Counted from the first letter of the stretch, positions 33,436 through 44,497 are shown. The stretch is 64,000 nt of DNA from Ignavibacteriota bacterium (GCA_963727825.1 CAVSHO010000013.1:8040-72039), one strand, 5' to 3'. Numbers and translations are program-made. Notes: a model not told the origin generated them from the sequence alone.

Positions 33436-33939
33436 TTATACTGAAGACTTTAAAACCTTCTCCTGGAGTTTTTTGCGATAAGATTCGAGTTTTATGGTAA
33501 GCTCTGGATAAACAAGTGCAAGCATTTCTATTGCAAGCAATGCAGCATTCATTGCTCCATCAATAGCGACTGTTGCAACTGGAATACCGGCAGGCATCTG
33601 TACTATTGATAACAATGAATCCATTCCATTAAGAGATTTCGATTTGATAGGAATGCCGATTACCGGTAATGTCGTAGCAGCAGCGACAATTCCTGGCAAA
33701 TGCGCTGCTCCGCCTGCTCCAGCAATGATAATTTTAATTCCACGTTCTTTTGCTGCCTTTACATAATTGATCGTATGCTCTAGTGTGCGGTGTGCAGAAA
33801 GCACTTTCATTTCGCACAGGATATCAAACTCTTTAAGGATCTGTCTCGCTGGTTCCATCGTATCTGCATCAGAAGTGCTTCCCAATAAGATGGCAACAAT
33901 CGGTATGGGAACTGTTTTTTCCGTATTTAAAAGAATCAT
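33436..33939 (-). CDS. purE: N5-CAIR mutase
   Basis: [35 protein letters not shown]. Confidence 0.95.
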   Translation of the reverse strand: MILLNTEKTVPIPIVAILLGSTSDADTMEPARQILKEFDILCEMKVLSAHRTLEHTINYVKAAKERGIKIIIAGAGGAAHLPGIVAAATTLPVIGIPIKSKSLNGMDSLLSIVQMPAGIPVATVAIDGAMNAALLAIEMLALVYPELTIKLESYRKKLQEKVLKSSV

Positions 33940-34011
33940 TTATTTAGTCTCCTCGTAATGAAATAATTATTTTTCAATCCATATTAACACTAATTTTAAA
34001 GAATATTAATG

Positions 34012-35025
34012 CTAAGTATTCTGTGCGGCTTTGATAAGGCGATCCATAATCGCTGCACCGATTCCTTTCTCCTCAACACTTTCCACAAGCATGCAGTCAA
34101 CATTTAAGTTGTCTAATTCACGAAGCGCTCGAAAAATGTTCTTCGCATAGCTTTCAGCAGATGAAGAGAGAATAAGATGGAATTTTGTTGCATCGATAAC
34201 GTTCATATTTTCTGAATAAGTAATCGCGCCGACCATTTTTCCCTCGCCTTTCATTCTGTTCATTTGTGCTATGAAAGCTTCGCGATCGTTTTTGGGAATA
34301 AGAAACACACGTGCTTTTGGCGCATAGTGGCGATGCCTGGTTCCCGGCGAACGTCGAAGTATTTCTATAGCGTTTGTCTGGCGAGTTTCTCCTATCTCTT
34401 TCTCAATATCTTCACGGCTTAGGCCACCTATTCTTAAAATTACAGGTGGATTAATTGTTACATCTATAACTGTCGATTCCATGCCAATTTTCGTTGGCCC
34501 TGCATCCATAATAATATCAATCTTTTCGTTTAAATCATGATACACATGTTCAGCCGAAGTTGGACTTGGACGCCCGGAAATATTCGCACTTGGTCCAACA
34601 ATGCCGCCTTCAAATCTTTTTAATAGTTCTAAAGTTATCGGATGGTTTGGAATTCTAATCGCTACAGTATCCAAACCAGCGGTCACAATATCCGGAACAT
34701 TCGATTTTCGTTTAACTACAAGTGTAAGCGGACCTGGCCAGAACCGCTTTGCAAGTTGTAATCCTTTGTCTGAAATCTCTGCCATAAAATGCCATGCGAT
34801 TTCCAGAGATGCAACATGAACAATAAGCGGGTTATCAGACGGCCTTCCCTTCGCTTCAAAGACTTTTTTAACGGCGTCTGCTTTTAAAGCATCAGCACCT
34901 AGACCATAAACTGTTTCCGTGGGGAACGCAACTAACCCTCCTGAACGAAGCATTGCAACTGCACTGTTAATACCATCCGGACTCGGATGTTCTCCAAAGA
35001 ATTGCAAAATTTTCGTCGTTGGCAT
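34012..35025 (-). CDS. tsaC: L-threonylcarbamoyladenylate synthase (Sua5 type)
   Basis: AFPTETVYGLG, KGRPSDNPLIVH, PSANISG, HYAP and SUA5 C-terminal domain. Confidence 0.93.
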   Translation of the reverse strand: MPTTKILQFFGEHPSPDGINSAVAMLRSGGLVAFPTETVYGLGADALKADAVKKVFEAKGRPSDNPLIVHVASLEIAWHFMAEISDKGLQLAKRFWPGPLTLVVKRKSNVPDIVTAGLDTVAIRIPNHPITLELLKRFEGGIVGPSANISGRPSPTSAEHVYHDLNEKIDIIMDAGPTKIGMESTVIDVTINPPVILRIGGLSREDIEKEIGETRQTNAIEILRRSPGTRHRHYAPKARVFLIPKNDREAFIAQMNRMKGEGKMVGAITYSENMNVIDATKFHLILSSSAESYAKNIFRALRELDNLNVDCMLVESVEEKGIGAAIMDRLIKAAQNT

Positions 35026-35052
35026 TTTTTTAGGATTATTGAAAAACCGTCT

Positions 35053-37053
35053 CTATTCGACAGCATCCAACAATATCTCCGCAAGATCTTTTACTTTCAC
35101 TATCTCAGTCGCCTCTTTATCTTTCACACCGTCTTCTAACATTGTCAAACAAAATGGGCAAGCAGTTCCGATTACATCTGGTTTTAACGCAAGTGCTTCT
35201 TCTATTCGCTCAACGTTGACGCGCTTGCCCTCGGTCTCTTCCATCCACATTCTGCCGCCACCAGCGCCGCAGCAGAATCCTTTTGATTTCGAACGTTTCA
35301 TTTCCACCATTTTCAAACCTGGAAGTGCATTGAGAATCTCTCGTGGTTGATCGTAAATATCATTGTACCTTCCGAGATAACACGAATCATGAAAAGTCAC
35401 TTTCGCCGCTTCTTCTTTTATTACCTTCAATTTACCTTCGTTAATGAGATTCATTAAGAAATCGGTGTGATGAACGACTTCATAGTTTCCGCCAAATTGA
35501 GGATATTCATTCTTCAGCGTATTAAAGCAATGTGGACATGTTGTTACAATCCTTTTCACGTTATATCCATTGAGAGTTGATATGTTCTCTTTCATCAGCA
35601 TTTGAGCAAGATATTCATTTCCAATTCGTCGCGCGGAATCACCGGTGCATTTTTCTTCTGTTCCAAGAATGGCGAATTTGATTCCTGCTTTCTGCATAAG
35701 CTTTGCGAATGCTTGTGTCACCTTTTTGTAACGTGAATCAAATGCTCCGGCACAGCCGACCCAAAAAAGGATTTCCACATCTTGTGTCTGCGACATCTGG
35801 GGAATATTAATTCCCTCTGCCCAATCAGCACGAGCCGACGCAGGGAATGCCCACGGGCTAGAATTCGTTTCAAGATTTTTAAACAAAACCTGAACCTCCG
35901 GCGGGAAATTTGATTCCATCAAAACTAGACTCCGGCGCAATTCCACAATAGCCGGAATGTGTTCGTTATTCACTGGACATTCTTGTACACATGCCATGCA
36001 AGTCGTGCAAGCAAACAGTTCCTCCGCTGTGAGATAATGATGCAACAGCGTATTCTCTAAAGGATCTTTTCCCACTTCCTTAACTTTACCAACTTTATCA
36101 CTTTCAAGCAGTAATGGCCCTTTTTCTGCAACACGATGCCGAATATCTGTCATGATCTTTTTTGGAGAAAGCTTTTTTCCTGTAATATTCGCAGGGCATG
36201 AATCTGTACAACGGCCGCATTCCGTGCAGGTAAATCCATCAAGCAATTGTTTCCAGGTCAAATCATCAATATCTGTTGCGCCGAACTTTTCCACCCCTTC
36301 TGCTTCAAGATCAATTGGCTCCAATGCACCCTTAGGTTTCAATGATGAAAGAAAAACATTCGGGATAGATGTTAGTATGTGTGCATGCTTTGAGTATGGC
36401 AAATAATTTAAAAATCCAAGCACGAGTACTATATGCATCCACCAGTAAATTTCAAATAGAATATTATTTATAGATACAGTTGATGCAGTCAAAATTGGAA
36501 TTAGCGCTTCCGAGAGAAAATGTCCTCCCGGATTCACATCAACTTGGATACGAACCGCATTCTGTCCTAATAAACATATCATAATAAGAAAAATGGTTAG
36601 GAGAATTGCAGTTGCATCAATTTGCGCGTGTCTATCAACTTGCAACCGCTTGGGCCGAAGAATAAATCGGCGATACAAAGCAATAAAAACTCCCACCATT
36701 ACGAGTCCTGCAAACAAATCCTGACAGAATTGCAATGGCTGATAGAAAATGCCAATGAACCGAAATGTGAAACCAGAAGACAATCCATCACCGATTGCTT
36801 CCAAAATGGATGACAGTAAAACCAAGAACCCCCAGAAGATAAATGCATGCATCATACCCGGTATTGGTTCTCGGAAAAGTTTTGATTGGCCGAATGCCAC
36901 AGTCATCATCCTTTTAAATCTTTCTGATAGATGATCCAATCGGTTCTCAGGCTTGCCAATTGAAATCAACCTTATCATTCTCCGTAAACTTAATCCGAAT
37001 AATCCAAGTGCGCCTAACAATATACTTGCAAAGACGATTGTCTTAATTGTCAT
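35053..37053 (-). CDS. Membrane-bound Fe-S oxidoreductase (FadF/HdrD-like, CCG domains)
   Basis: TM region, CTECGRCTDSCP, CTTCMACVQECP, CTGD, TCPHC, HDSCYLGR, CCGAGGG, ACPFC. Confidence 0.88.
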   Translation of the reverse strand: MTIKTIVFASILLGALGLFGLSLRRMIRLISIGKPENRLDHLSERFKRMMTVAFGQSKLFREPIPGMMHAFIFWGFLVLLSSILEAIGDGLSSGFTFRFIGIFYQPLQFCQDLFAGLVMVGVFIALYRRFILRPKRLQVDRHAQIDATAILLTIFLIMICLLGQNAVRIQVDVNPGGHFLSEALIPILTASTVSINNILFEIYWWMHIVLVLGFLNYLPYSKHAHILTSIPNVFLSSLKPKGALEPIDLEAEGVEKFGATDIDDLTWKQLLDGFTCTECGRCTDSCPANITGKKLSPKKIMTDIRHRVAEKGPLLLESDKVGKVKEVGKDPLENTLLHHYLTAEELFACTTCMACVQECPVNNEHIPAIVELRRSLVLMESNFPPEVQVLFKNLETNSSPWAFPASARADWAEGINIPQMSQTQDVEILFWVGCAGAFDSRYKKVTQAFAKLMQKAGIKFAILGTEEKCTGDSARRIGNEYLAQMLMKENISTLNGYNVKRIVTTCPHCFNTLKNEYPQFGGNYEVVHHTDFLMNLINEGKLKVIKEEAAKVTFHDSCYLGRYNDIYDQPREILNALPGLKMVEMKRSKSKGFCCGAGGGRMWMEETEGKRVNVERIEEALALKPDVIGTACPFCLTMLEDGVKDKEATEIVKVKDLAEILLDAVE

Positions 37054-37074
37054 TCCACTTTTCCTTTTTATCTA

Positions 37075-37998
37075 TCAAATCTTTAACAATGCATTCAAGA
37101 TTGTAACTGCCTCGCCACCAATACTAACGTTTTCAATTCCCTTCTTACCACAATTCACACGAATTTTTACTCTCCCTATCCTCTTCATTTCATCTCCCTG
37201 CTCACCAACGAATTCCAACCTTCCATCCGATAATTCACGGCTTGCGACAGGATATCCTGCCGGTAAAACATATTTTTTGAGATAACACCCTAATGGGCCA
37301 TTTGCAGAACCTGTCACCGGATCTTCGTCTATTCCATAGTTCGGTGCAAAGAATCGCGAATGAACCGCTGAATTCTTTTCTCTTGTCTCTAAAGAAAACA
37401 GGCATACACCATTGACCTTCATTTTCTTTAATCCATTTGCCAATACCGGAAAATCTGGATTGATTTTTTCTAACGTGGCGATACGATTCACGGGAATATA
37501 GAAATATAAATCGGTAACGACTGGTATATCCTTCTTCAATTCTTTTATTGACAGACCAATAGCATGCAGCAGGGATATCGGGACTTTCTTTTTAATCTGA
37601 AATCTTGGCAGCGGCAGCTCAAATTCAACGCTTGTATCATAAAAATTCTTCTCTACTCTTATCGGTAAAATGCCGCTCTTCGTTTGTAATTTAAAGTAAT
37701 GCTGTCCATTAGTACTCATACCTTCCATTCCTTCTTCGGCAAGAGCATGAAAACTTGCTATCGTTGCGTGACCACATAATGGAACTTCGCAGAGCGGAGA
37801 AAACCATCGAATACGCAGGTTTGCATCCTCTTCTGTTGCTGGAAGAATAAATGCTGTCTCTGGTGTATTCACTTCTCGTGCAATAAGCTGCATTTGTATA
37901 TCAGTTAGGCCATCGGCGTCTAACACAACACCTGCAGGATTACCCGCAAACTTCATTCTCGTAAATGCATCGACAAGTTTCAGATGATAAGTTTTCAT
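37075..37998 (-). CDS. PhzF family isomerase
   Basis: VDAF...GNPAGV, ETAF, EVPLCGHAT, EDPVTGSA. Confidence 0.9.
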   Translation of the reverse strand: MKTYHLKLVDAFTRMKFAGNPAGVVLDADGLTDIQMQLIAREVNTPETAFILPATEEDANLRIRWFSPLCEVPLCGHATIASFHALAEEGMEGMSTNGQHYFKLQTKSGILPIRVEKNFYDTSVEFELPLPRFQIKKKVPISLLHAIGLSIKELKKDIPVVTDLYFYIPVNRIATLEKINPDFPVLANGLKKMKVNGVCLFSLETREKNSAVHSRFFAPNYGIDEDPVTGSANGPLGCYLKKYVLPAGYPVASRELSDGRLEFVGEQGDEMKRIGRVKIRVNCGKKGIENVSIGGEAVTILNALLKI

Positions 37999-38002
37999 TG
38001 TC

Positions 38003-38422
38003 TCATCTTCCCATTAGTTGGACAACAATGTCTCTATTCCGTGCTCGGTTGTCGAAATCTATCAGTACAATTTGTTGCCACGTTCCCAGAAGCACCTCGC
38101 CGTTGCAAAATGGCACCACGAGCGACGGCCCCAGAAATGATGCCCTAACATGCGCATGACCATTTCCGTCTCCCCATGTATCATCGTGATGATAGCGCAC
38201 ATCGCTTGGTGCAATTCGTTCCAGCATTACTGGAATATCTTTCTTTAATCCCTGTTCAAATTCAGTTGTTGTGATAGAAGCGGTCGAACCCACAACAAAA
38301 ACCGTTGCAATGCCTTCTTTCAAACTATGCTTCTGAAGCACAGCAGCAACCTGGCCTGTAATATTGATAACTTCCGAATTTCCATGGGTCGCCACTTTAA
38401 TATGTTCTGTTATGATTTCCAC
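38003..38422 (-). CDS. yjbQ: YjbQ/UPF0047 family protein
   Basis: GNGHAHVRA, LGTWQQIV..DFD. Confidence 0.88.
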   Translation of the reverse strand: MEIITEHIKVATHGNSEVINITGQVAAVLQKHSLKEGIATVFVVGSTASITTTEFEQGLKKDIPVMLERIAPSDVRYHHDDTWGDGNGHAHVRASFLGPSLVVPFCNGEVLLGTWQQIVLIDFDNRARNRDIVVQLMGR

Positions 38423-39300
38423 ACTTGCAATGCCGTTAACATAGTTTGATGCTTGATGAAGAACAATAAATTGTTTTTTACGATAAACGTGTCTATGCTT
38501 GGAATCTTTACATCTTCAGCAATAATTTCATTGTGAAGTATCTTTTCGCTTTTTAAATCATAAACCGATAAGATGTTATTCAGTAATGATGATTCGGATT
38601 TATTTTGCGCTTCACGATATTGACTTATAATGAGTATGTCGGAACGCAAGAGATATTCAATCCAGTCTTTGAGTGCTTTGCTTTCTGTAATTCGTTGAAC
38701 CGCTGTCTTGATAATTGGAACTGCTCCATTTTCATCAAACACTTCGGGAAATATTACAGCTTGCTGACGCTCGAAATCTTTTTCTGACACTTTTTGATGA
38801 AGCTCTTGCAACAAATCAAGATTACCGGAGTACTCATTTAATAGTGTTCCTGTTTTGATGTCAAATTCGCAAGCGATGTGTTTTTCAAAGAGATATTTAT
38901 GCGCATAGAGCTTCTCATTATCGATGAACCATAATGAAAGATGGTCATTTCTCCAAAGAAGTTTACCTGATTCAATATCAATTATACGAATTCCGCGATG
39001 TTCCGGCATATCTGGTCTGACATATCCGTGCAAAATCATCCATCTCTCATGCACCGCTTCAATTCCAATCCACCAGGGTTCGTCAAAGCTAATATTTTTC
39101 CACAGATGTTTTCCGGAATGTATATCGACGCAAAAAAAGCCAGTTGATTTCGCTTCTTGATTACGCGTCTCGCCAATAATGTGATTATTTGAAGTAAAGA
39201 ATATCCGCCAAATCAATGTGCCAGCATCGAAAACCCATGCCGGTTTCAATTGCTTTTCTTTTAAGAATGGGATCATAGAAACCATATAATGTACTAACAT
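38410..39300 (-). CDS. Hypothetical protein (DUF4905-like beta-propeller)
   Basis: IWR, GETR, EPWWIGIE, P..RGI...D..SGKLLW; overlaps yjbQ start; true start may be a downstream Met. Confidence 0.5.
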   Translation of the reverse strand: MLVHYMVSMIPFLKEKQLKPAWVFDAGTLIWRIFFTSNNHIIGETRNQEAKSTGFFCVDIHSGKHLWKNISFDEPWWIGIEAVHERWMILHGYVRPDMPEHRGIRIIDIESGKLLWRNDHLSLWFIDNEKLYAHKYLFEKHIACEFDIKTGTLLNEYSGNLDLLQELHQKVSEKDFERQQAVIFPEVFDENGAVPIIKTAVQRITESKALKDWIEYLLRSDILIISQYREAQNKSESSLLNNILSVYDLKSEKILHNEIIAEDVKIPSIDTFIVKNNLLFFIKHQTMLTALQVWKS

Positions 39301-39340
39301 ACCGCTTTTTTAAAGTAGTTTCAACCAATTGCTGCATAAC

Positions 39341-39371
39341 AAAAAAGGCCAACCAAAATCTGATTGACCTT
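39341..39371 (-). terminator. Intrinsic terminator after glutathione peroxidase
   Basis: Minus strand AGGTCAATCA-gattt-TGGTTGGCCT followed by U-run. Confidence 0.65.
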
Positions 39372-39400
39372 TCGTCATAAATTCTTTAAGGCAGAGTATA

Positions 39401-39973
39401 TTAGCTCCCTAAAAGTTTTTCAATCTCAGTAATAACCTTTACGTCTGTTGGTTCTGTGCCCGGTTCAAACTTATCTATTACATTCCCTTTCTTATCCACA
39501 AGATATTTTTGGAAATTCCATTTAACAACTCCGGGCACCGAAGATTCCTCAGTTAAGTAGCGGTAAAGCGGATGCTGGTCATTCCCTTTCACACTTATCT
39601 TTGAAAACATATCGAATGTTACGCCGTATTTCGTTGAGCAAAACTGTTTTATTTCAGAATCTGTACCAGGCTCCTGCCATAAAAAATTGTTTGCGGGAAA
39701 ACCGAGAATCATAAAGCCTCGGTCTTTATATTTTTCATAAAGTGCTTCGAGTCCTTTATACTGCGGGGTATGACCGCATTTTGATGCGACATTCACGATC
39801 ATCAGTACATTTCCCTTGTAATCTGATAGTTTTTTTTCGTTTCCATCAATCGTCTTCATTGTAAATGAATACAACGCTGGTTGTGTTTCCATCTGCTTCT
39901 CCTTGGTTTGTGCTATTACAATTATCTGGAACATGAGCAATGCTACAAGCACTATTGCATTTGTGTATTTCAT
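39401..39973 (-). CDS. Glutathione peroxidase family protein (Cys type, exported)
   Basis: NVASKCGHTPQY, GFPANNF..QEPG, WNFQKYLV; signal peptide from Met at 39973 (MKYTNAIVLV...). Confidence 0.9.
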   Translation of the reverse strand: MKYTNAIVLVALLMFQIIVIAQTKEKQMETQPALYSFTMKTIDGNEKKLSDYKGNVLMIVNVASKCGHTPQYKGLEALYEKYKDRGFMILGFPANNFLWQEPGTDSEIKQFCSTKYGVTFDMFSKISVKGNDQHPLYRYLTEESSVPGVVKWNFQKYLVDKKGNVIDKFEPGTEPTDVKVITEIEKLLGS

Positions 39974-40054
39974 GGTTGTACCTTTTAAATTCGAGTTTAT
40001 TAAATTCAATAGTACAACATCAAACACAAGGAAGAAAGTTTCAATAGACAAGAA

Positions 40055-40249
40055 TTAATTTTGTCCAGCGACTGGGACAATCCACCAAGCTATTAGATAA
40101 GCGATGAAAAATGGAAAAAAACCGGTTGCAAGACCGAGCACTATTACAATAAGCCGAATAATGGTCGGATCGGTATCTGTCATTTCACCGATGCCGCCAC
40201 AAATTCCCGCAATTTTCTTGTTCGTTTGTGAACGATAGAGCTTTTTCAT
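40055..40249 (-). CDS. PspC domain protein
   Basis: KKLYRS..NKKIAGICGGI......DPTIIRL...AYLIAWWIVP; SD GAGG. Confidence 0.88.
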   Translation of the reverse strand: MKKLYRSQTNKKIAGICGGIGEMTDTDPTIIRLIVIVLGLATGFFPFFIAYLIAWWIVPVAGQN

Positions 40250-40270
40250 ACATAACCTCTTGTTTGATTA

Positions 40271-41080
40271 CTAAAGCGTCTGCGTTGCATTCGATACGAT
40301 GCTACGGTGTGGAGTGATTTCATTCCCTCCAGAGAAACGGACATCACCTATAATTTTCATCTGTCGAATGTCACCTACTGCAGTATACGCAAGTTGCGGG
40401 AGAACGGTTGCAGTAACTATCAAACTGAATATTGGAAAGGGAGTCATTCTATGCTGAGAAAAATGTTTATATGAATAAATCTCTATAACAAGAAGCTTAA
40501 ATAATTGTTTTAAGCTAATTAGATGTTCATCTGAACCAAGAATTTTTAGATACTCAAATACTGAACTCAGGAATTCCTTTTCAGATGTAATTGCTTGGTC
40601 AGTATCAGATTGCATTTCACCAATCTGTATTCTGATATGCAATTCTTTTGCTATTGGATCAAGAGTACATGTCTCTGTCTGAGAAAAGAAGGGATGACGT
40701 TTATCAAGACTTGGATCAAGTTTCCAAATATCCAACACTGTAGTCTTTTCGCCTTTCTGGAGCATCAACAAATCCTTAGTATGAACAAGTGCTTTTTCAT
40801 AAGTTCGATGATCGAGTATTTCCTTCTTCCGCTTTTTTATTTCATCCTCGTTAACCTTCATATGTGGATCAAGTAAAGAACGTTTGACCATATACATAAC
40901 AAATACAAGCAAACTCAAATAAGTGATTACAAACATAAGAACTGCTATTGAGCTGTTATACGTCGAAATCCACCAAACCATAGGTACAGCGACAAATATT
41001 AAAACTATAGCAACAGCAATAATCCATGGATTCCACCACCATACTTTTCTTCTTATGAAATATGCGGGTTTTGCGGCCAT
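40271..41080 (-). CDS. Hypothetical membrane protein (two N-terminal TM helices)
   Basis: 269-aa ORF collinear with neighbours; two hydrophobic segments. Confidence 0.65.
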   Translation of the reverse strand: MAAKPAYFIRRKVWWWNPWIIAVAIVLIFVAVPMVWWISTYNSSIAVLMFVITYLSLLVFVMYMVKRSLLDPHMKVNEDEIKKRKKEILDHRTYEKALVHTKDLLMLQKGEKTTVLDIWKLDPSLDKRHPFFSQTETCTLDPIAKELHIRIQIGEMQSDTDQAITSEKEFLSSVFEYLKILGSDEHLISLKQLFKLLVIEIYSYKHFSQHRMTPFPIFSLIVTATVLPQLAYTAVGDIRQMKIIGDVRFSGGNEITPHRSIVSNATQTL

Positions 41081-41132
41081 CGGAACTCTGTTCTTCTATC
41101 TTTAATTTTCTCTAAAAGGAACTATTACCTTC

Positions 41133-41564
41133 TTATTCTACAACAACTTTCCGCATTTGCTTGGTTTGGCTCCGTGATTTTTTTGTACGAAGCCGCATTT
41201 CGCGAGCTGTGTGTGTCGGCTTGGTAGCGATTCGTTTTTTATGCACTATTAGTGCTGATTTCAAAAGAGTAGATAATCGTTCAACTGCTAGGAGCTGCTT
41301 ATTCTTCCATTGACTTCTCGTATCCTGCGTGACAATATGCAACACACCCGATGAATCAAGTTGCGAAGTCAAATTGTTTAGCAAACGCTGGCGAATATGT
41401 TCTGGAATGGTCGGTGAATTTGCCACATCGAATAACACTTCAACCCGGGTTTCCAACTTATTCACATTCTGCCCCCCAGGGCCTCCGCTCCTACTTGTTT
41501 TAAACTTCAATTCTGCAGATGGAATCTTTAATGAATGCGAAATAGTGATATTTGATTCAAGCAT
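41133..41564 (-). CDS. arfB: Alternative ribosome rescue factor ArfB (YaeJ)
   Basis: SRSGGPGGQNVNK, RSQ..N, basic tail KKRIATKPT...RLRTKK. Confidence 0.93.
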   Translation of the reverse strand: MLESNITISHSLKIPSAELKFKTSRSGGPGGQNVNKLETRVEVLFDVANSPTIPEHIRQRLLNNLTSQLDSSGVLHIVTQDTRSQWKNKQLLAVERLSTLLKSALIVHKKRIATKPTHTAREMRLRTKKSRSQTKQMRKVVVE

Positions 41565-41585
41565 CTGATATATTTTTTTGGTGTT

Positions 41586-42926
41586 TTAGTTTGCAGGAAT
41601 AATATCCACTTTTTCTAATTTATCACCCTCGCGTTTGTCGGCACGTAAGAGAAGAATAGCAAAGATCAATCCAAAAATGCCGAGCATAGAAAACATCACC
41701 ATGCTTGCTGTGTATGCTTGCGTAGCATCTCGCAGCAATCCATTAAGCCAAGGGAATAATGCTAATCCTATATTTTGAATCGTCGTTGTCAATCCGAAGG
41801 CCGTACCGACACGATTCTTTTCCACGATGAGCGGAATCGATGGCCACATCGCTGCAGGAACCATAACAAATGCCGCTCCTAATACAATCATAGGAAGTGC
41901 AGGTGGAATCATCGTGAATGCCATCGTTAGAAATGCAGGAACCATAAGAATTGAACCGCCGACCATAACCGTGGCACGTTTACCAAAACGATCAACTAAC
42001 TGTCCGAAAAATGGAGCAAATACCATAGAAGCAAATATAATGATTGTGGTTGTACCGCCTGCCGTGCTAAACATATGAATTACATTGTAAAATACCTGGG
42101 TGAAGAAACCGCCTTCCGATCCTGCTGTGAGCGGCAATCCCCATTTACTATTGAAGAAATCCGTGGAAAGTGCTGTGAACGGAAATATTGCAGAATAGAA
42201 GGTAACGCAGAGAAGTGTTACGTACCAATAAGATGAACGAAATTTCTTGATATCGGCAAGAACAATTTTATCTCCGCCGCCTTCTTCTTGAAGTTTGAGT
42301 ATGCGTTCTCCTCGACGATCTAAAAATATATAAAGTGTATTCGCCAGCACCGACAGAACACAGAAAATAACTGCCGCCCATAACGCTGCACTGTAATTTT
42401 TAAAATATTCTGCAATTAATGCTTCCGTGTTGAAACTGAAAAGCGTTCCCAGCCGGCTGATCGTAAGTCCGATTCCAAATGCAAATGCCAATTCCTTTCC
42501 TTTAAACCAACGAGTAAAGATCGCACTTTGTGCGACTACCAATGATTCCGAACCCCAGCCAAAAATAAAACGGCCAAAGTAAAGAATCCAAATGTTTGGC
42601 GCTATGGCGACAATCAATGCGCCGACCGTAACAAGCATCGAAAAAAGTAGACTTGCTCGTCGTGTTCCAATTCTATCAATTAACAAGCCACCTATAAATA
42701 CAGAAAGAATTGCCGCGATACTATAGAGCGTGTACATTTGTCCGATTGATTCGCGGCCTATTCCGAGCGCAGAAATAAGTGTGGGAGCAATTGCACCAAC
42801 GCTGTCGTATGCAAAATAGCTTCCGAACGTCAATAGGCTTACAATAAATAAAACTGCGTATCGATATGGACGTCGAGATGGATGGAACCAGTTCGATGGC
42901 AACTTAAAGGATTCAATTTCGGCCAT
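41586..42926 (-). CDS. MFS transporter resembling the MFSD1 family
   Basis: 12-TM pattern; LTFGSYFAYD, GLLIDRIG.R, GRFIFGWGSESL.VAQ, WFKGKELAFAFG, WPSIPLIV...GTAFG...IQNIG. Confidence 0.85.
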   Translation of the reverse strand: MAEIESFKLPSNWFHPSRRPYRYAVLFIVSLLTFGSYFAYDSVGAIAPTLISALGIGRESIGQMYTLYSIAAILSVFIGGLLIDRIGTRRASLLFSMLVTVGALIVAIAPNIWILYFGRFIFGWGSESLVVAQSAIFTRWFKGKELAFAFGIGLTISRLGTLFSFNTEALIAEYFKNYSAALWAAVIFCVLSVLANTLYIFLDRRGERILKLQEEGGGDKIVLADIKKFRSSYWYVTLLCVTFYSAIFPFTALSTDFFNSKWGLPLTAGSEGGFFTQVFYNVIHMFSTAGGTTTIIIFASMVFAPFFGQLVDRFGKRATVMVGGSILMVPAFLTMAFTMIPPALPMIVLGAAFVMVPAAMWPSIPLIVEKNRVGTAFGLTTTIQNIGLALFPWLNGLLRDATQAYTASMVMFSMLGIFGLIFAILLLRADKREGDKLEKVDIIPAN

Positions 42927-42954
42927 ATTATTTCCTTATAATATTTTCCCAAAT

Positions 42955-42990
42955 TAAAAGCGCTGTACGGTTTTAACCGCGCAGCGCTTA
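42955..42990 (-). terminator. Intrinsic terminator after pepD
   Basis: Minus strand AAGCGCTGCGCGG-ttaaaa-CCGTACAGCGCTT followed by TTAATTT. Confidence 0.6.
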
Positions 42991-43039
42991 TTATGATATC
43001 TTTTTAATTAATGAATTCCAATATTTGGTTACTTTTTTT

Positions 43040-44497
43040 TCATTTCACATTTTTCAAAATAGCCAATAGGAAATTCCAGAATTTTTCCACTGTATCGAGA
43101 TGAATCTTTTCATCTGGAGAATGAACTCCTTCTAGGGTTGGACCAAAAGAGATCATATCCATGCCCGCGTATTTCTCGCCAATGATACCGCATTCTAATC
43201 CTGCATGAATTGCTTTAACGTACGGCTTTTTATTGTAAAGCGACTGATATGTTGTCTTTGCGACTTTTAAAATTGAAGAATCCATATTCGGTTTCCACCC
43301 AGGATAACCATCCGTTGTCTCCACATCCGCACCGCCAAGTATTAAAACAGATACAACCGAATGTACAACTTCATCAATTTCCGATGCAACTGAACTTCTC
43401 TGACTTGTTGTTAAGCTTACGCCCTTTGCGTCCGTGCAGATAATCGCAACATTTGTTGATGTCTCAACTAATCCTGGAATATCTGCACTCATCTTCACTA
43501 CGCCATGTGGTAATGCGGAAATTGTCAAAAGTATTTTTTTCTGCAACGCTTTCTTAAGAACTTTTCCTTTCGACTTTCCTTTCACTTCTTCTAAAATAAT
43601 TGCAAGTTCCGATTCCACGTTAGGCAATTCATCTTTAATGATAGAATTGTATTGGGAAACAACCGCACTGGCGTCATTCAATTTTGTATTCGGAATATAC
43701 ACCATAGCTTCGGCTTCTCTTGGAATAGCATTGCTTTTGTTCCCACCATTGAAAGAAGAAATTCGCACACCGAGCTTGTCAAGTTCTAATAATACGCGAT
43801 TCAATATTTTTATTGAATTGCCGCGCCCCTTATCAATTTCCAATCCTGAATGTCCGCCTTTCAATCCTTTTACTTTCACAATTGCAGGCGCATATTTTTT
43901 CGGAACAATTTCATATGAAGCATTCCACGAGCCAATGGAATTTCTACCACCGGAGCAGCCGACATAAATAGCGCCCTCTTCTTCGGAATCAAGATTCATG
44001 AGCGTCTTGCTCTTAATGAAATCTGGCTGCAAATTGTTCGCACCAGTTAATCCAGTTTCTTCATCTACAGTGAATAAAAACTCCAACGGGCCATGTTCAA
44101 GCGATTTATCTTCCATAATAGCAAGATTCGTTGCAACGGCAATTCCGTTATCTGCCCCGAGTGTTGTTCCATTCGCCATTAAAAAATTGTCTTTTACAAT
44201 GAGTTCAAGCGGATCTTTCTCGAAATTATGAACTTTGTCTTTATTCTTTTCGCACACCATGTCAAGATGACCTTGTAAGCACACTGAAGGAACATTCTCA
44301 TGACCTTTCGATGCCGGTTTTCGCACAACAACGTTGAGCACTTTGTCCTGTTTAACTTCTAGACCCAGCTTCTTTGCTGTCTCAACGACGTATGCTGATA
44401 TTTTCTTTTCGTTTTTTGATCCGCGTGGAATTTTGCTTATTTCAGCAAAGTATTTCCATACCAATGCTGGCCTCAAATCTGACAATGAATTCGACAT
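43040..44497 (-). CDS. pepD: Aminoacyl-histidine dipeptidase (M20C)
   Basis: LQGHLDMV, GTTLGADNG, DEETGLTGA, NLDSEEEG, GGHSG, IHAGLECG, HSPDE. Confidence 0.94.
   Translation of the reverse strand: MSNSLSDLRPALVWKYFAEISKIPRGSKNEKKISAYVVETAKKLGLEVKQDKVLNVVVRKPASKGHENVPSVCLQGHLDMVCEKNKDKVHNFEKDPLELIVKDNFLMANGTTLGADNGIAVATNLAIMEDKSLEHGPLEFLFTVDEETGLTGANNLQPDFIKSKTLMNLDSEEEGAIYVGCSGGRNSIGSWNASYEIVPKKYAPAIVKVKGLKGGHSGLEIDKGRGNSIKILNRVLLELDKLGVRISSFNGGNKSNAIPREAEAMVYIPNTKLNDASAVVSQYNSIIKDELPNVESELAIILEEVKGKSKGKVLKKALQKKILLTISALPHGVVKMSADIPGLVETSTNVAIICTDAKGVSLTTSQRSSVASEIDEVVHSVVSVLILGGADVETTDGYPGWKPNMDSSILKVAKTTYQSLYNKKPYVKAIHAGLECGIIGEKYAGMDMISFGPTLEGVHSPDEKIHLDTVEKFWNFLLAILKNVK

Noticed and set aside
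39401-39973. Selenoprotein glutathione peroxidase
   Set aside because: The active-site codon is TGC (Cys).
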